Virus record (IMG/VR): IMGVR_UViG_3300027971_000053
Source of the DNA: an uncultured virus (IMG/VR IMGVR_UViG_3300027971_000053)
Taxonomy: Duplodnaviria > Heunggongvirae > Uroviricota > Caudoviricetes
Reading direction: 5' to 3' (one strand)
Length of the DNA: 64,000 nucleotides
The notes below the pieces were generated by a model. The model worked only from the letters and a program-made list of their open reading frames with translations. It made no database searches and had not been told where the DNA came from. Positions 26,892-36,700 of this stretch are shown here, in pieces (positions within the stretch are counted from its first letter, which is position 1; each line of letters starts with the position of its first letter). Position numbers and translations under genes: made by a program.

Positions 26892-27644
26892 ATGGCAGGT
26901 GGCGGCGGATTTAATAGTAGCGCAGTTCAACAAATTGGAGATCAGATAGGGCAACAGAATCAAGGTCAAGGATTTCCAGTAAATCCGTACAACAGTGGCG
27001 GACCAAATTTTGGTGGCGGTTTTGGGTCAGGTTTTGAAAACTATAATGGTGGTAGCGGTGCTCCTGCTCCGGGTGGTCCTGCGCCTTATCCTGGTCCTGC
27101 GCCTTACCCTGGTTCTAGCCCTTATCAGCAAAATAATCCGTATCAGCAGCCGCAACAGCAACAGATGCAGCCTCAACAGTTCCAACAAATGTCTAACATA
27201 AATGACATGTACACAAACATTTTGGGGCGTCAGGCAGATCAAGGCGGTTTAAAGTATTGGCAAGACCAAGTAGGTAAAGGCATGTCTTTAGCTGATGTGC
27301 AAAAAAACATTTTAGGTTCAGATGAATTTAAAAATAAACCACAACAAATGTTACAACAGCAGCAACAAATGCCGCAGCAAATGTCACAGCAACCGCCTAG
27401 AGGTTATGGTATGGGTAGTGGGTTAATGGGTTTATTTGGTGGAAGACGTGATCAGTTTGAAAACAACCCTTTTGCAGGTGGTGGGTTAAGCGGTTTAAAT
27501 CCTTATAGCGGGTCTAGCTATAGACCAGATATGTCAAACCAGTTATCCATGTTAAAAAATATAGCTCCTTTCTATACTCCTCCTGCACCAGAAGCACCGG
27601 CTGCACCAGACACTAATAGATTTAGTGGTCCTAGTGGCGATTAA
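26892..27644 (+). CDS. Low-complexity virion protein with DUF4214-like domain
   Basis: YTNILGRQADQGGLKYW...ILGSDEF; PAPYPG repeats; Gln-rich. Confidence 0.6.
   Translation: MAGGGGFNSSAVQQIGDQIGQQNQGQGFPVNPYNSGGPNFGGGFGSGFENYNGGSGAPAPGGPAPYPGPAPYPGSSPYQQNNPYQQPQQQQMQPQQFQQMSNINDMYTNILGRQADQGGLKYWQDQVGKGMSLADVQKNILGSDEFKNKPQQMLQQQQQMPQQMSQQPPRGYGMGSGLMGLFGGRRDQFENNPFAGGGLSGLNPYSGSSYRPDMSNQLSMLKNIAPFYTPPAPEAPAAPDTNRFSGPSGD
27074..27124 (+). repeat. 18-bp tandem repeat (GPAPYP), two full copies plus a degenerate one
   Basis: GGTCCTGCGCCTTATCCT GGTCCTGCGCCTTACCCT GGTTCTAGCCCTTAT. Confidence 0.7.
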
Positions 27645-27649
27645 GCATA

Positions 27650-28063
27650 ATGAATTTAACTATTAAAGTCGTCTTTACTGCACAGTTTCATCAAGCATGG
27701 CCTGATGTAGAAGGTTTTTTAGCAGACGCTCTTAAATGGGGTGAAGACGACTACACTGCAGAACAGGCTAAGGTTTACCTATCTTCTGGGCAGTGGATGT
27801 TAGTAGTAGCAGTAGACGAAGAAAACAAAATTCATGGTGCAGCGGCAATTAATTTTATGAATATGCCTAATGATAGGGTTGCGTTTGTGGTGGCAATTGG
27901 TGGCAAATTAATTAGTAACCAAAACACTTATGCACAATTTACGGCTTTACTTAAGGCACATGGCGCCACTAAAATACAAGGTGCCGCAAGAGAATCTATT
28001 GCACGGTTGTGGACTAGATACGGGTTTAAAGAACGCTACAGAATTGTAGAGGCAAAAATATGA
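27650..28063 (+). CDS. Hypothetical protein, possibly GNAT-like
   Basis: 137 aa, VVAIGG...GATKIQG...ARLWTRYGF; lies before ejection genes. Confidence 0.5.
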   Translation: MNLTIKVVFTAQFHQAWPDVEGFLADALKWGEDDYTAEQAKVYLSSGQWMLVVAVDEENKIHGAAAINFMNMPNDRVAFVVAIGGKLISNQNTYAQFTALLKAHGATKIQGAARESIARLWTRYGFKERYRIVEAKI

Positions 28064-29166
28064 GATATACGTTAGATTCAATGCTGCCCGAACGGGCTTT
28101 TTCTCCACGCTTAGGTCGTGGTTTTGGCGCTGGTGGTATGACGCTTGAAGGTGGTTCAGGTGGTGGCGGTGGTCCAACTAACACTACTACGCAGACATCT
28201 AACATTCCAGAATACGCTCGTCCGTATGTGGAAAACATGCTTCAGTCTACACAGAAGCAGATCTACAATGATGACCAAACAGGCTTTCGCCCATATACCC
28301 CGTATAGTAAAAACCCTAATGACTACGTAGCGGGGTTCTCTCCACTACAACAGCAAGCGCAAGAAGCGACTGCTAGATTACAAACGCCCGGTCAATATGC
28401 GGCAGGTAGTCGTATGGCAAACATGTCTGGTATGGGCTCTTTAAATACGGCAGGGCAAGCTACAGGTGTAGCAAACCAAGCTATGGGTGCAGGAAGTCGT
28501 TACGCACAACAAGCCACAGACCCAGGTTCTGTACAAGCGTACATGTCTCCTTACATGCAAAACGTAGTTGACTATCAAAAAGGTCAGGCGCTACGTGATT
28601 ACAATATTGGACAGCAAACTTTAAAAGGGCAAGCAGCTAGAGCCGGTGCTTTTGGTGGTAGCCGTCAAGCTATTCAAGAGTCAGAAGCCCAGCGTGCTTT
28701 AGGCAGTCAGCTACAAGGTATTGCCGCTACAGGTTCACAGAACGCATTCCAAAATGCTCAGCAAGCACAACAGTTTGGCGCTAACCTAGGTTTACAAGGT
28801 TACGGCACAGCACTACAAGGTTATGGCACAGCGTTGCAAGGTTATGGACAAGGCACACAAGCGGCTAACGCTTTAGGCCAGTTAGGTAGTCAGCAACTTG
28901 CTGCTAATAAAAGCATCATTGACCTTAAGTCTCAAGCAGGCGCACAACAACAAGCGCAAGAACAACAGAAAATTAATCAGTCTATTCAAGACTATGCTAC
29001 AGCGCAGCAATATCCGTACATGCAGCTTGGTATTATGAACTCTATGATTAGGGGTTTACCACTACAGTCTTCAACAACTCAGATGTATCAGGCACAACCA
29101 AGCACTGGTCAGCAGTTAATGGGTTATGGTCTTGGCGCCTTAGGCGCTTACAAAGCATTTGGTTAA
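28060..29166 (+). CDS. Putative DNA pilot/ejection protein
   Basis: IPEYARPY, YMSPYMQNVV, GAFGGSRQ, Gln/Gly-rich, hydrophobic Gly tail. Confidence 0.65.
   Translation: MRYTLDSMLPERAFSPRLGRGFGAGGMTLEGGSGGGGGPTNTTTQTSNIPEYARPYVENMLQSTQKQIYNDDQTGFRPYTPYSKNPNDYVAGFSPLQQQAQEATARLQTPGQYAAGSRMANMSGMGSLNTAGQATGVANQAMGAGSRYAQQATDPGSVQAYMSPYMQNVVDYQKGQALRDYNIGQQTLKGQAARAGAFGGSRQAIQESEAQRALGSQLQGIAATGSQNAFQNAQQAQQFGANLGLQGYGTALQGYGTALQGYGQGTQAANALGQLGSQQLAANKSIIDLKSQAGAQQQAQEQQKINQSIQDYATAQQYPYMQLGIMNSMIRGLPLQSSTTQMYQAQPSTGQQLMGYGLGALGAYKAFG
28792..28848 (+). repeat. 21-bp degenerate tandem repeat (LQGYGTA, about 2.7 copies)
   Basis: TTACAAGGTTACGGCACAGCA CTACAAGGTTATGGCACAGCG TTGCAAGGTTATGGA. Confidence 0.7.
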
Positions 29167-29175
29167 GGAATAAAT

Positions 29176-30756
29176 ATGACACCATCTATGGGTATGGCTG
29201 CTCCAAAAGGTACGACAGCTCCTCAAGCAGGACTCGCCGCTATTGCACAACCGGCTACTGGCGCTAAAGGTATGTCGTCTGGAAATATGGCGCAGGTTAT
29301 GTCATTGGCTCGCAAGATGAGCGATGCCCAGTTAGCGGAAGTGCTTCAAGGTAAGAGTCTTGACGTTCCACAATACGTTGCTATGACTGAAGCTATGGGT
29401 CGTAAACAGTTACGCACTGCTATGCAAGGCCAACAAGCGCAACAACAAGCTCAACAACCTAATCTCAAAAACAAACTTCTTGGTGAATACCAACAAACGC
29501 AACAACCACAGATGCCTCCACAGGGTATGCCCCCACAACAGCCCGTAATGGCGGCTGAAGGCGGTTTGATGTATGCAGACGGCGGTTCTATTGATATGAA
29601 CGAGTCAGCTAATGCTGGCGGTGGTCTTGCTGAATTGCCTGCTCCTAACATGATGCCTATGACTATGGCAGGTGGTGGTATTGTTGCGTTTGATGAAGGT
29701 GGTGAAGTACCTCGTTTTAATGAAGGCGGTAATTGGTTTACAGAGTTACGAGACAGTTTATATAGCCCTGAAGAAAGACGTCTTGAAGCAATGAAACGTG
29801 GTAGAGCTGCAGACGAACCAACAGATGCGCTTTCGCAAAACCAAATAAATTCAGTTCTTAGAGGTAAGACTCCCGGTCCTGCTGAAGCGCCAATGCCCCC
29901 TGCAAGCATGCAAAAAGAAATAGACGATTCTAAAATGCGTTTGTTTAAGCAAGAGATGGCGGATAAAGAAGCTGCAGCTAACGTTAAGCCTGTAAGTGTT
30001 GGGCCTACTCAAGCGCAAATAGATGCTTTAAATGCTAGACCTAGAGTTGGTGTCGGTGCGCCTAATGAAAAAGCTGGGCTTGGTGCTACTGACGAGTTTA
30101 AGTCGTACATGGACACGGTTAAAAAGAACAAAGAAGAGTTTTTAGGTAAGCTAGAAGGCATGGGCGCTAAACAGCGTGAGGGTCTTGCGGCTCTTAAAAA
30201 CCAAGGTTTGGGCGATTTTTTAATGAACATATCTCAAGGTTTATTAAGTAAACGCGGATTGGCTGCTGGTACAGCCGCTGGTTTACCCGGAGCAACTGCC
30301 GCCGCTGCCGCATCTCGTAAAGAACAACGTGCTGTTGAACAAGGCGCTAATGAGATGGACTTTAATCTTGCTAAGGCTAGAGAAGCTGCTTCTAGGGGCG
30401 ATATGGAATCTGCGCTTATGTTTAAAAAGATGGCAGACGAATCTAAATATAGAGCAGACGATCTTTCAATAAAGCGTGCAGCATTGGGTCAAGAACCAGA
30501 CATGCTACGCACTTTAAAAGGTATTGCAGGTAATCCACAGCTTGAAGCGTTATATGGCAAAACAGGTAAAACAAACCAGATGTCGTTAACTGATGCGGCT
30601 AAGCAATGGAATGACATGCCAAAAGAGAATAGAAAGTATTACAAAGAGCTACAAAGCATGGGTATTAATAGCGAACAAGATTACTATAAGTTTGTAAATG
30701 GTCAGTTATTGTCTGCTACAATTCCCGGACAAGGCGCACAAACAAGACCATACTAG
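29176..30756 (+). CDS. Putative internal virion/DNA ejection protein
   Basis: Helical, Ala/Gln-rich; cluster of xxGG motifs (MAGGGIVAFDEGG). Confidence 0.6.
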   Translation: MTPSMGMAAPKGTTAPQAGLAAIAQPATGAKGMSSGNMAQVMSLARKMSDAQLAEVLQGKSLDVPQYVAMTEAMGRKQLRTAMQGQQAQQQAQQPNLKNKLLGEYQQTQQPQMPPQGMPPQQPVMAAEGGLMYADGGSIDMNESANAGGGLAELPAPNMMPMTMAGGGIVAFDEGGEVPRFNEGGNWFTELRDSLYSPEERRLEAMKRGRAADEPTDALSQNQINSVLRGKTPGPAEAPMPPASMQKEIDDSKMRLFKQEMADKEAAANVKPVSVGPTQAQIDALNARPRVGVGAPNEKAGLGATDEFKSYMDTVKKNKEEFLGKLEGMGAKQREGLAALKNQGLGDFLMNISQGLLSKRGLAAGTAAGLPGATAAAAASRKEQRAVEQGANEMDFNLAKAREAASRGDMESALMFKKMADESKYRADDLSIKRAALGQEPDMLRTLKGIAGNPQLEALYGKTGKTNQMSLTDAAKQWNDMPKENRKYYKELQSMGINSEQDYYKFVNGQLLSATIPGQGAQTRPY

Positions 30757-30786
30757 TTCCGCCAGCTAGTTAACTGAATAAAAAAT

Positions 30787-33700
30787 ATGCCATATTTGCG
30801 CTTACCTGATGGTTCCTACATGGACGTACCCGAAGGGGTATCACAGCGCGAAGCATTAGCGCACGCAAAAGAGAAGTACAAAGATTTATTTCAACCTGTT
30901 GAAAAACCCGACACTGGGCTAACTGGCGCAGCTAAAGCAAGCTATCAAACGCTTAAAGGTGACGTTGCCGCTTTAGCTGGGCGTGCTGGTTTGATGGACG
31001 TAGGTGAAGCTGAGAAATATCAGAAAGAGCGTCAAGCCGAAGCTCAAAGAGTATTTAAACCAACTGAAGAAGGATGGACAGAAGCTCCATTCTTAAAAGC
31101 CCGTGAGCTTATTGGTGGTTCTTTGCCTTATATGGCAGCTCCTATTGCTGTTGGTGGTGCGGCTGCTTTAGGTGGGGCTCCAGTTGCAGCTGGTGCTGGT
31201 TTGGCTGGTTTAGCGTCTGGTTTACAGTTTACTGGTTCGAACTTATCCCGTCAGATGAATACGGGCAAAGCCCTTAAAGATACCGACCTTATGGCTGCAG
31301 GCGCTGCGGCTATTCCACAGGCTGCGTTAGATGTAGTTGGCTTTAGATTCTTGCCCGGCGTACAAAAGATATTTAAATCTGCCGGTGTTGAGCTTTCAGA
31401 ACAAGCGGCTAAAAAAGTTATTGAAGCTGGCACACTTAAGACTGCTGGGCAATACGTTGTAGGCGGTGCAAAAATTGGTGGTATTGAAGGCGCTACTGAA
31501 GCAGGTCAACAGTTCTTTGAGCGACTACAAGCTGGCTTAAACATTGGTGACGAGCAAGCCCGTAAAGAATACCTTGAAAGTTTTATTGGCGGCGCTGTTC
31601 TTGGCGGTATTGCTTCTCCGTTTGGTGTTGCCGGTAAACGTGGCGAAGCTAAAGATGTTATTGCTAAAGAGCAGGCAAAACGTGATTTAGAAGCGTCAAA
31701 ACTAGCTGAAGAACAACAGCTTGCTGACATACAAGCTAAAAAAGATGCTGAACTTCAAGCCGTACAAGAGCGCAAAACTAAGATTGAGCAGATGGGTCTA
31801 GAGCTTTATCAAGCAAAGCCAGACCTTTTAAAGAAACTAGAAGAACTAAATACCCAAGCACAAAGAGTAACAGACTTAGACGAGCTAGCTACACTTAGTC
31901 AGCAAGCACAAGATGTGCAAGCACAACTTAACAATTTAGATCCAGAGTTAGTAGGCGCTAACCTCAAAAAGTTAAAGAAAGAAAACGACGCTTTAAAAGG
32001 GCAAATTAACAAAGCTGAAAAAGACGGCAACGAAGACTTACGTACTGAGCTTAGCACTAAGTACAACGAAAACGCTGCGGCTATTGAAGAAAAGGCTTTG
32101 CGTTTAGAAGCGTTGAAGTACAAGCCAATTGTCCCGCCCGATGTACAAAAAATTCAAGAAAAGTTAAATGCCGCACAAAAGCAATTACAGAAAGCCAAAG
32201 AGCAAGGCGACCTTGTGTCTGTTGGTAGGATTGTTGCCAAGATTAAAGAGTATCAATCTATTCCTGAGTATCAAGAGTATGCTGCGGAACAGAAGCGTAT
32301 AGGAGAAGAAAGAAGCAAACGTGCTGCAACGTCAGCAGACATACTTGCCCAAGAAGAACAAGCCAACCAAGCTAATGAAGAAATTGAGGCCGGTAATGTA
32401 GTAACAATGCGCAAGCCGCCAAAGAAAAAGTATGTTGACTTACCTCGTTTACAACAATACTACAACAGCTCTGTTGAACAGTTAAACGCCAAGCTAGCTG
32501 AGTCTAGTAAAGCTCCAGCATTAGAAATTCCAGAAGGTCAGTCTGCGCAAGAAACAATTGCAATGGTGCAGCAGAAGTTTCCAGAGGCGTTTATGTCGCC
32601 CGAGCAAAGAAAAAATGCAAATATTAATTTGCCGCCTGCAGACCCAGAAGTTCAAAAACTAATTAAGAAAGTACAAGATGCTAAAGATATGTTGGAAGAA
32701 CATCGTCCAGTTACGTACTCTAGAGAACAAGCAAAGCCTGATCTTGCACAACAACTTGTAGATAAATTTACAGCACCTGAGCAAAAGCTACCTACAGAAC
32801 TTACGCCAGAACAAAAGAAAGCCGAGAGCGCACGACTAGCTAAGCTAGACGGACTCAAAAAAGATTACTACGATTCGTTTGATGCTTACAAAAAGATCAT
32901 TGACGAAAGCGAAGCAGCTAGCCAAGGTACAGGAAAAGGTAAGCGCTTATACGGATATAACGGGCGCCCACTACAGGCTAGCGAAAAAGCTATTGAGGCG
33001 TTTAATAAATACGTTGAGGCTAAGAATGCCTACTTGCAAGTTATGAGCGAAGGTACACCAACGCCTGCCAATGCTATTAAGGGTTTAGAAGCTGCACAAG
33101 ACGTTGCCTTGCTAGACCTTACCGACACCATTGACAGCATGCGTAAGGGCGAGTTTTTTGGTGGACCTAACCCAGCAGCAGCCAGCAGTTTCTTAGGTAC
33201 TTTGGCACAGAAAGCCCGTACAGAATTAGAGAAATACAAAGAAGCAACGCTTAGTCAAATAGATTACGTGCGTCAAGGCAGGGGCATGGATGCCCTAACC
33301 GAAGATGCTAAGGCTGAAATTAATGGGCAACTTGAAAGTTTATTGGCTGGAAAAATTGAACGTGCTACAGGTAAACTAGCTCGTGTATTAAAAGCTGGAG
33401 AGAAAGCGGCTCCAGAAGATACTGCCATACGTGCCGCGTTTGAAAAGGCTGGCTTTAAATTTGAGCCTATTGCTACTGGCGAAAAAGAAATCCTTACTGG
33501 CTTTAGCCGTGAAGAACTTGCCGATGTTAAAGACGCCGTTAACAAAATCAAAGATAAAGCGTTACAAAAAGAACGTAAATTTGGTAAGTTAACTCGTGAA
33601 TCTACAGGCGATTTGTTTACTGAAGGTCGCATTAAAAATACCAAAAAAGCACGTAAGACTGACGTTGAACTTGACGATGCTGAACAAGCTGTTCGTGGTG

Positions 33701-36700
33701 TAAATGCAATTCTTGATACAGCTCTTTCTTCTAAAGACCGCACAACATTTGAAGAAGCCAAACGTTTACTAGAAGAAGGCGTTAAAACTCGTGATACTAC
33801 TGACTACTCAGCCAGCGGTGTTGCTAAAGTTATGCCGGGCTTGGTAGACGCTATTAATGAACAAGCATATAGGGCGTCTTTAGGTAGAGAAATAGAAGCT
33901 AAAGAAACTTCACAAGCTATTGCCCGTGTTAAAGATGCGTTTGCTTCTCCAGTACAAACTGGTCCTAAAGGTAAAACCACTACTCAGCTAGAGTTTTTCC
34001 CGGGCGAAACAGCTACTATCAGGGCAGATGAAAAGAATTTAAGCCGCCTTGGGCAGCTTCGTAACGCTCGTGGTGCCGATGCTATTTCGTCAGGGCGTAA
34101 GTATTTTGCTGAGAAAGCTACTGGTGCGTTTAGACCAGCGGCTATGCTTAAGTATTTTGAAAGCCCTGAATTAGCCCAACTGCTTGACACTGCACAAGAG
34201 CTGCAAGCTGAAGGTAAAAAATACGCAAGCAAAGCAAAAGTGCTTAAGCGGCAGTCTACTAAAGATAAATACCGTGCAATGGCAGATGAAGCCTTTGCTA
34301 TGTACGACGAGACTATGGTAGAAGTTAACGAGTACGTTGACTTTATTGAAGATTACGCACGTAAAGCTATAGAAAAAGCAGACAAGCCAGCTGCTTTTAT
34401 TGCTGCGTTTGAAACACAAAAACAAACGGTACAAAAAGAACTTAGCAACGCTAAAAAAGTAATAGCTGCGCAAGAAGCTAAAGAGGCTGCTGCCGTAGAA
34501 GAAAAACTTACTGTTGCAAGAGCCAAACTTAAAAAAGCTAAAACAAGCGAAGAGCGAAACTTTTTGCTCGATGAAATTTCTGCTTTAGAAAAAACTAAAA
34601 GACCTGACATAGTAGACGAATTAGCCGCAGCTGAAAGAAAAGTGCGGGGCGCTAAAACGCTTAAACAAAAAATTGAAGCCCGTGCTGAGGTGCTTAAAAT
34701 TCAAAGTAACGCTTTAGATAACGTTATTAAAGACACCAAAGAGCGTATTGCTGAAGAACAAGCTAGCGCTGCACAACAAACTGGATTAGGCTTACCGGGT
34801 ACTAGAACTCAATTTAAAACACTGCCTCGTATGGAGGCAGAACTACCAAACCGTTTTCCAACAATTCAATCTAAATTTGAATTTGCTCGTACGTACTACA
34901 AAGAAATGCTTGCTGCTCGCAGCATGACTATGAACACTAAGCAGCGCCAAGCGCTTGTTGAAAAACGTAAAAAGTATGAAGACGCTGTAGTTAGTTTAGA
35001 TAAAGCGTTTAAGCAGAACAACGTAGACAGCCGGATTGCCACCGTGATGCGCAACATGGTTACGATGGAAGAAGGTACGCCTCAGTACAGAAAAGCTGAG
35101 AATTTAATACTAAGTATTGAAGAGCGTATTCAACAAGCTATTGCTGGTCTTAAACCTAAAACAGAAACTATTGCCATAAAAGGCGTAGAAACTAAAGAAG
35201 CTGTTGAAAACGAGGCTAAAGTAAAAGAAGTAATTGGAGAGTACTCATACGAAAGCGTTAAACCATCAGGTCCTGAACAAACCGCTGCTGAGAAAGCTGT
35301 TGGTCGCATATCTGAAACAGAACTGGCTAAGTTACGTAAAGTAAAACAAACCCGCTTTGACTTTGTTACCAAGCGTTTGGCAGATCAAAAAGCTCCAGTT
35401 GCAGATCGTGCTGCTCTTGTTGACGAATTACAGCGCAAAGAAAAAGGACCTAACGGACAAGAAATAACTGTTGGTCTTGAAGCTGAAATTAAAGCTATTG
35501 ATGAAATTCTTAACGCACGCCGTATTGGTATGGTTGTCGGTCAAGCGCAAGAAGAAAAAGGCTCTAAGAAGTACAAGGCAACTGTTACTGAAAAAGAAAT
35601 GGAGAAAGCCGGTAAGTTTGATAAAGCCGGTGTGCACCCAGAGTCTTATAGTCTTGTAGCTAAAGCATACAAAGACCGCACTGCTGACAAACAAAAACGA
35701 GAAGCAAATAAAACCCCAGCAGCTGTAACAAAACTGATTAAAGAAATTGCAGCGCTTCAAACTGAAATTCAATACGACAACTTACCTGCTCCTAAAATAG
35801 TTGAGAAGATGGCGTTAATTTCCGATAAAAGAGCTCAAGTTGAACGTGCTACTTTAGAGTTTACCGAAACGCTAGAAGCCAAAAAAATGGGTATCAGCGT
35901 TGAAGAGTACCGTCGTATCTTTAACTTTATGAACGCTGGTGAGTTTGTTTTTGACGCTGATGTCAGTCTTACTAAAGACCAAGTAGAAAAAGAAAACGCT
36001 AGAAGACGCAAAGAATCTGATGTTGATTTTCGTGTAGGTAGCGGTAAGTCTGTTGGTTTGCAAATGCTTAGAGCGGACGCTAAAGCTGTTGTTGACAAGA
36101 TTAAGTTACCTAAAGGGCTTGACATTACTGTTATACAAGAGCTTTCTCCAATGGTTAAAGAGTACATCCGTACTCGAGGCGTTGACCCTGAGAGCGTTAA
36201 AGGCTTTGTAACTAACAACGGCTCTGTAGTTATTGTTGCAGGCAAGCACGAAAATGCCAAAGACGTTGAAGCTACTGTTGCCCACGAAGTTATTGGTCAC
36301 TTGGGCGTTGAGCAAACGCTTGGTCAAGCCGGTATGGAAAAGCTGGTACAGCATATCACCGCACAAAAGGGCGGTGTAATGGGTCTTGCTTCTAAGCTAG
36401 GTGTTTGGAAAGAAGCCTATGGCGCATATGCTGCGGCTCTTAACTCAGGCAAAACCAAAGAAGAAGCCCAAGCCGATGCCGTGCATGAAATGATTGCGCA
36501 CGTTGAAGAAAAACGTCCGGGCAGAAGTGGCTTTGAAGACTTTAAGGTTTTTGTTAAGGCGTTGGTTGGTGTATTGCGTGCGGCTTTGCGTAAGTTCAAC
36601 ATTAACCTTGACATTGATACAAACGACATCTACAAGATTTTGCGTGATGCTCGTAAGAATTTTGACGCTGTGTCTCCCGGTCTTTACAAAAAAGAGAACG

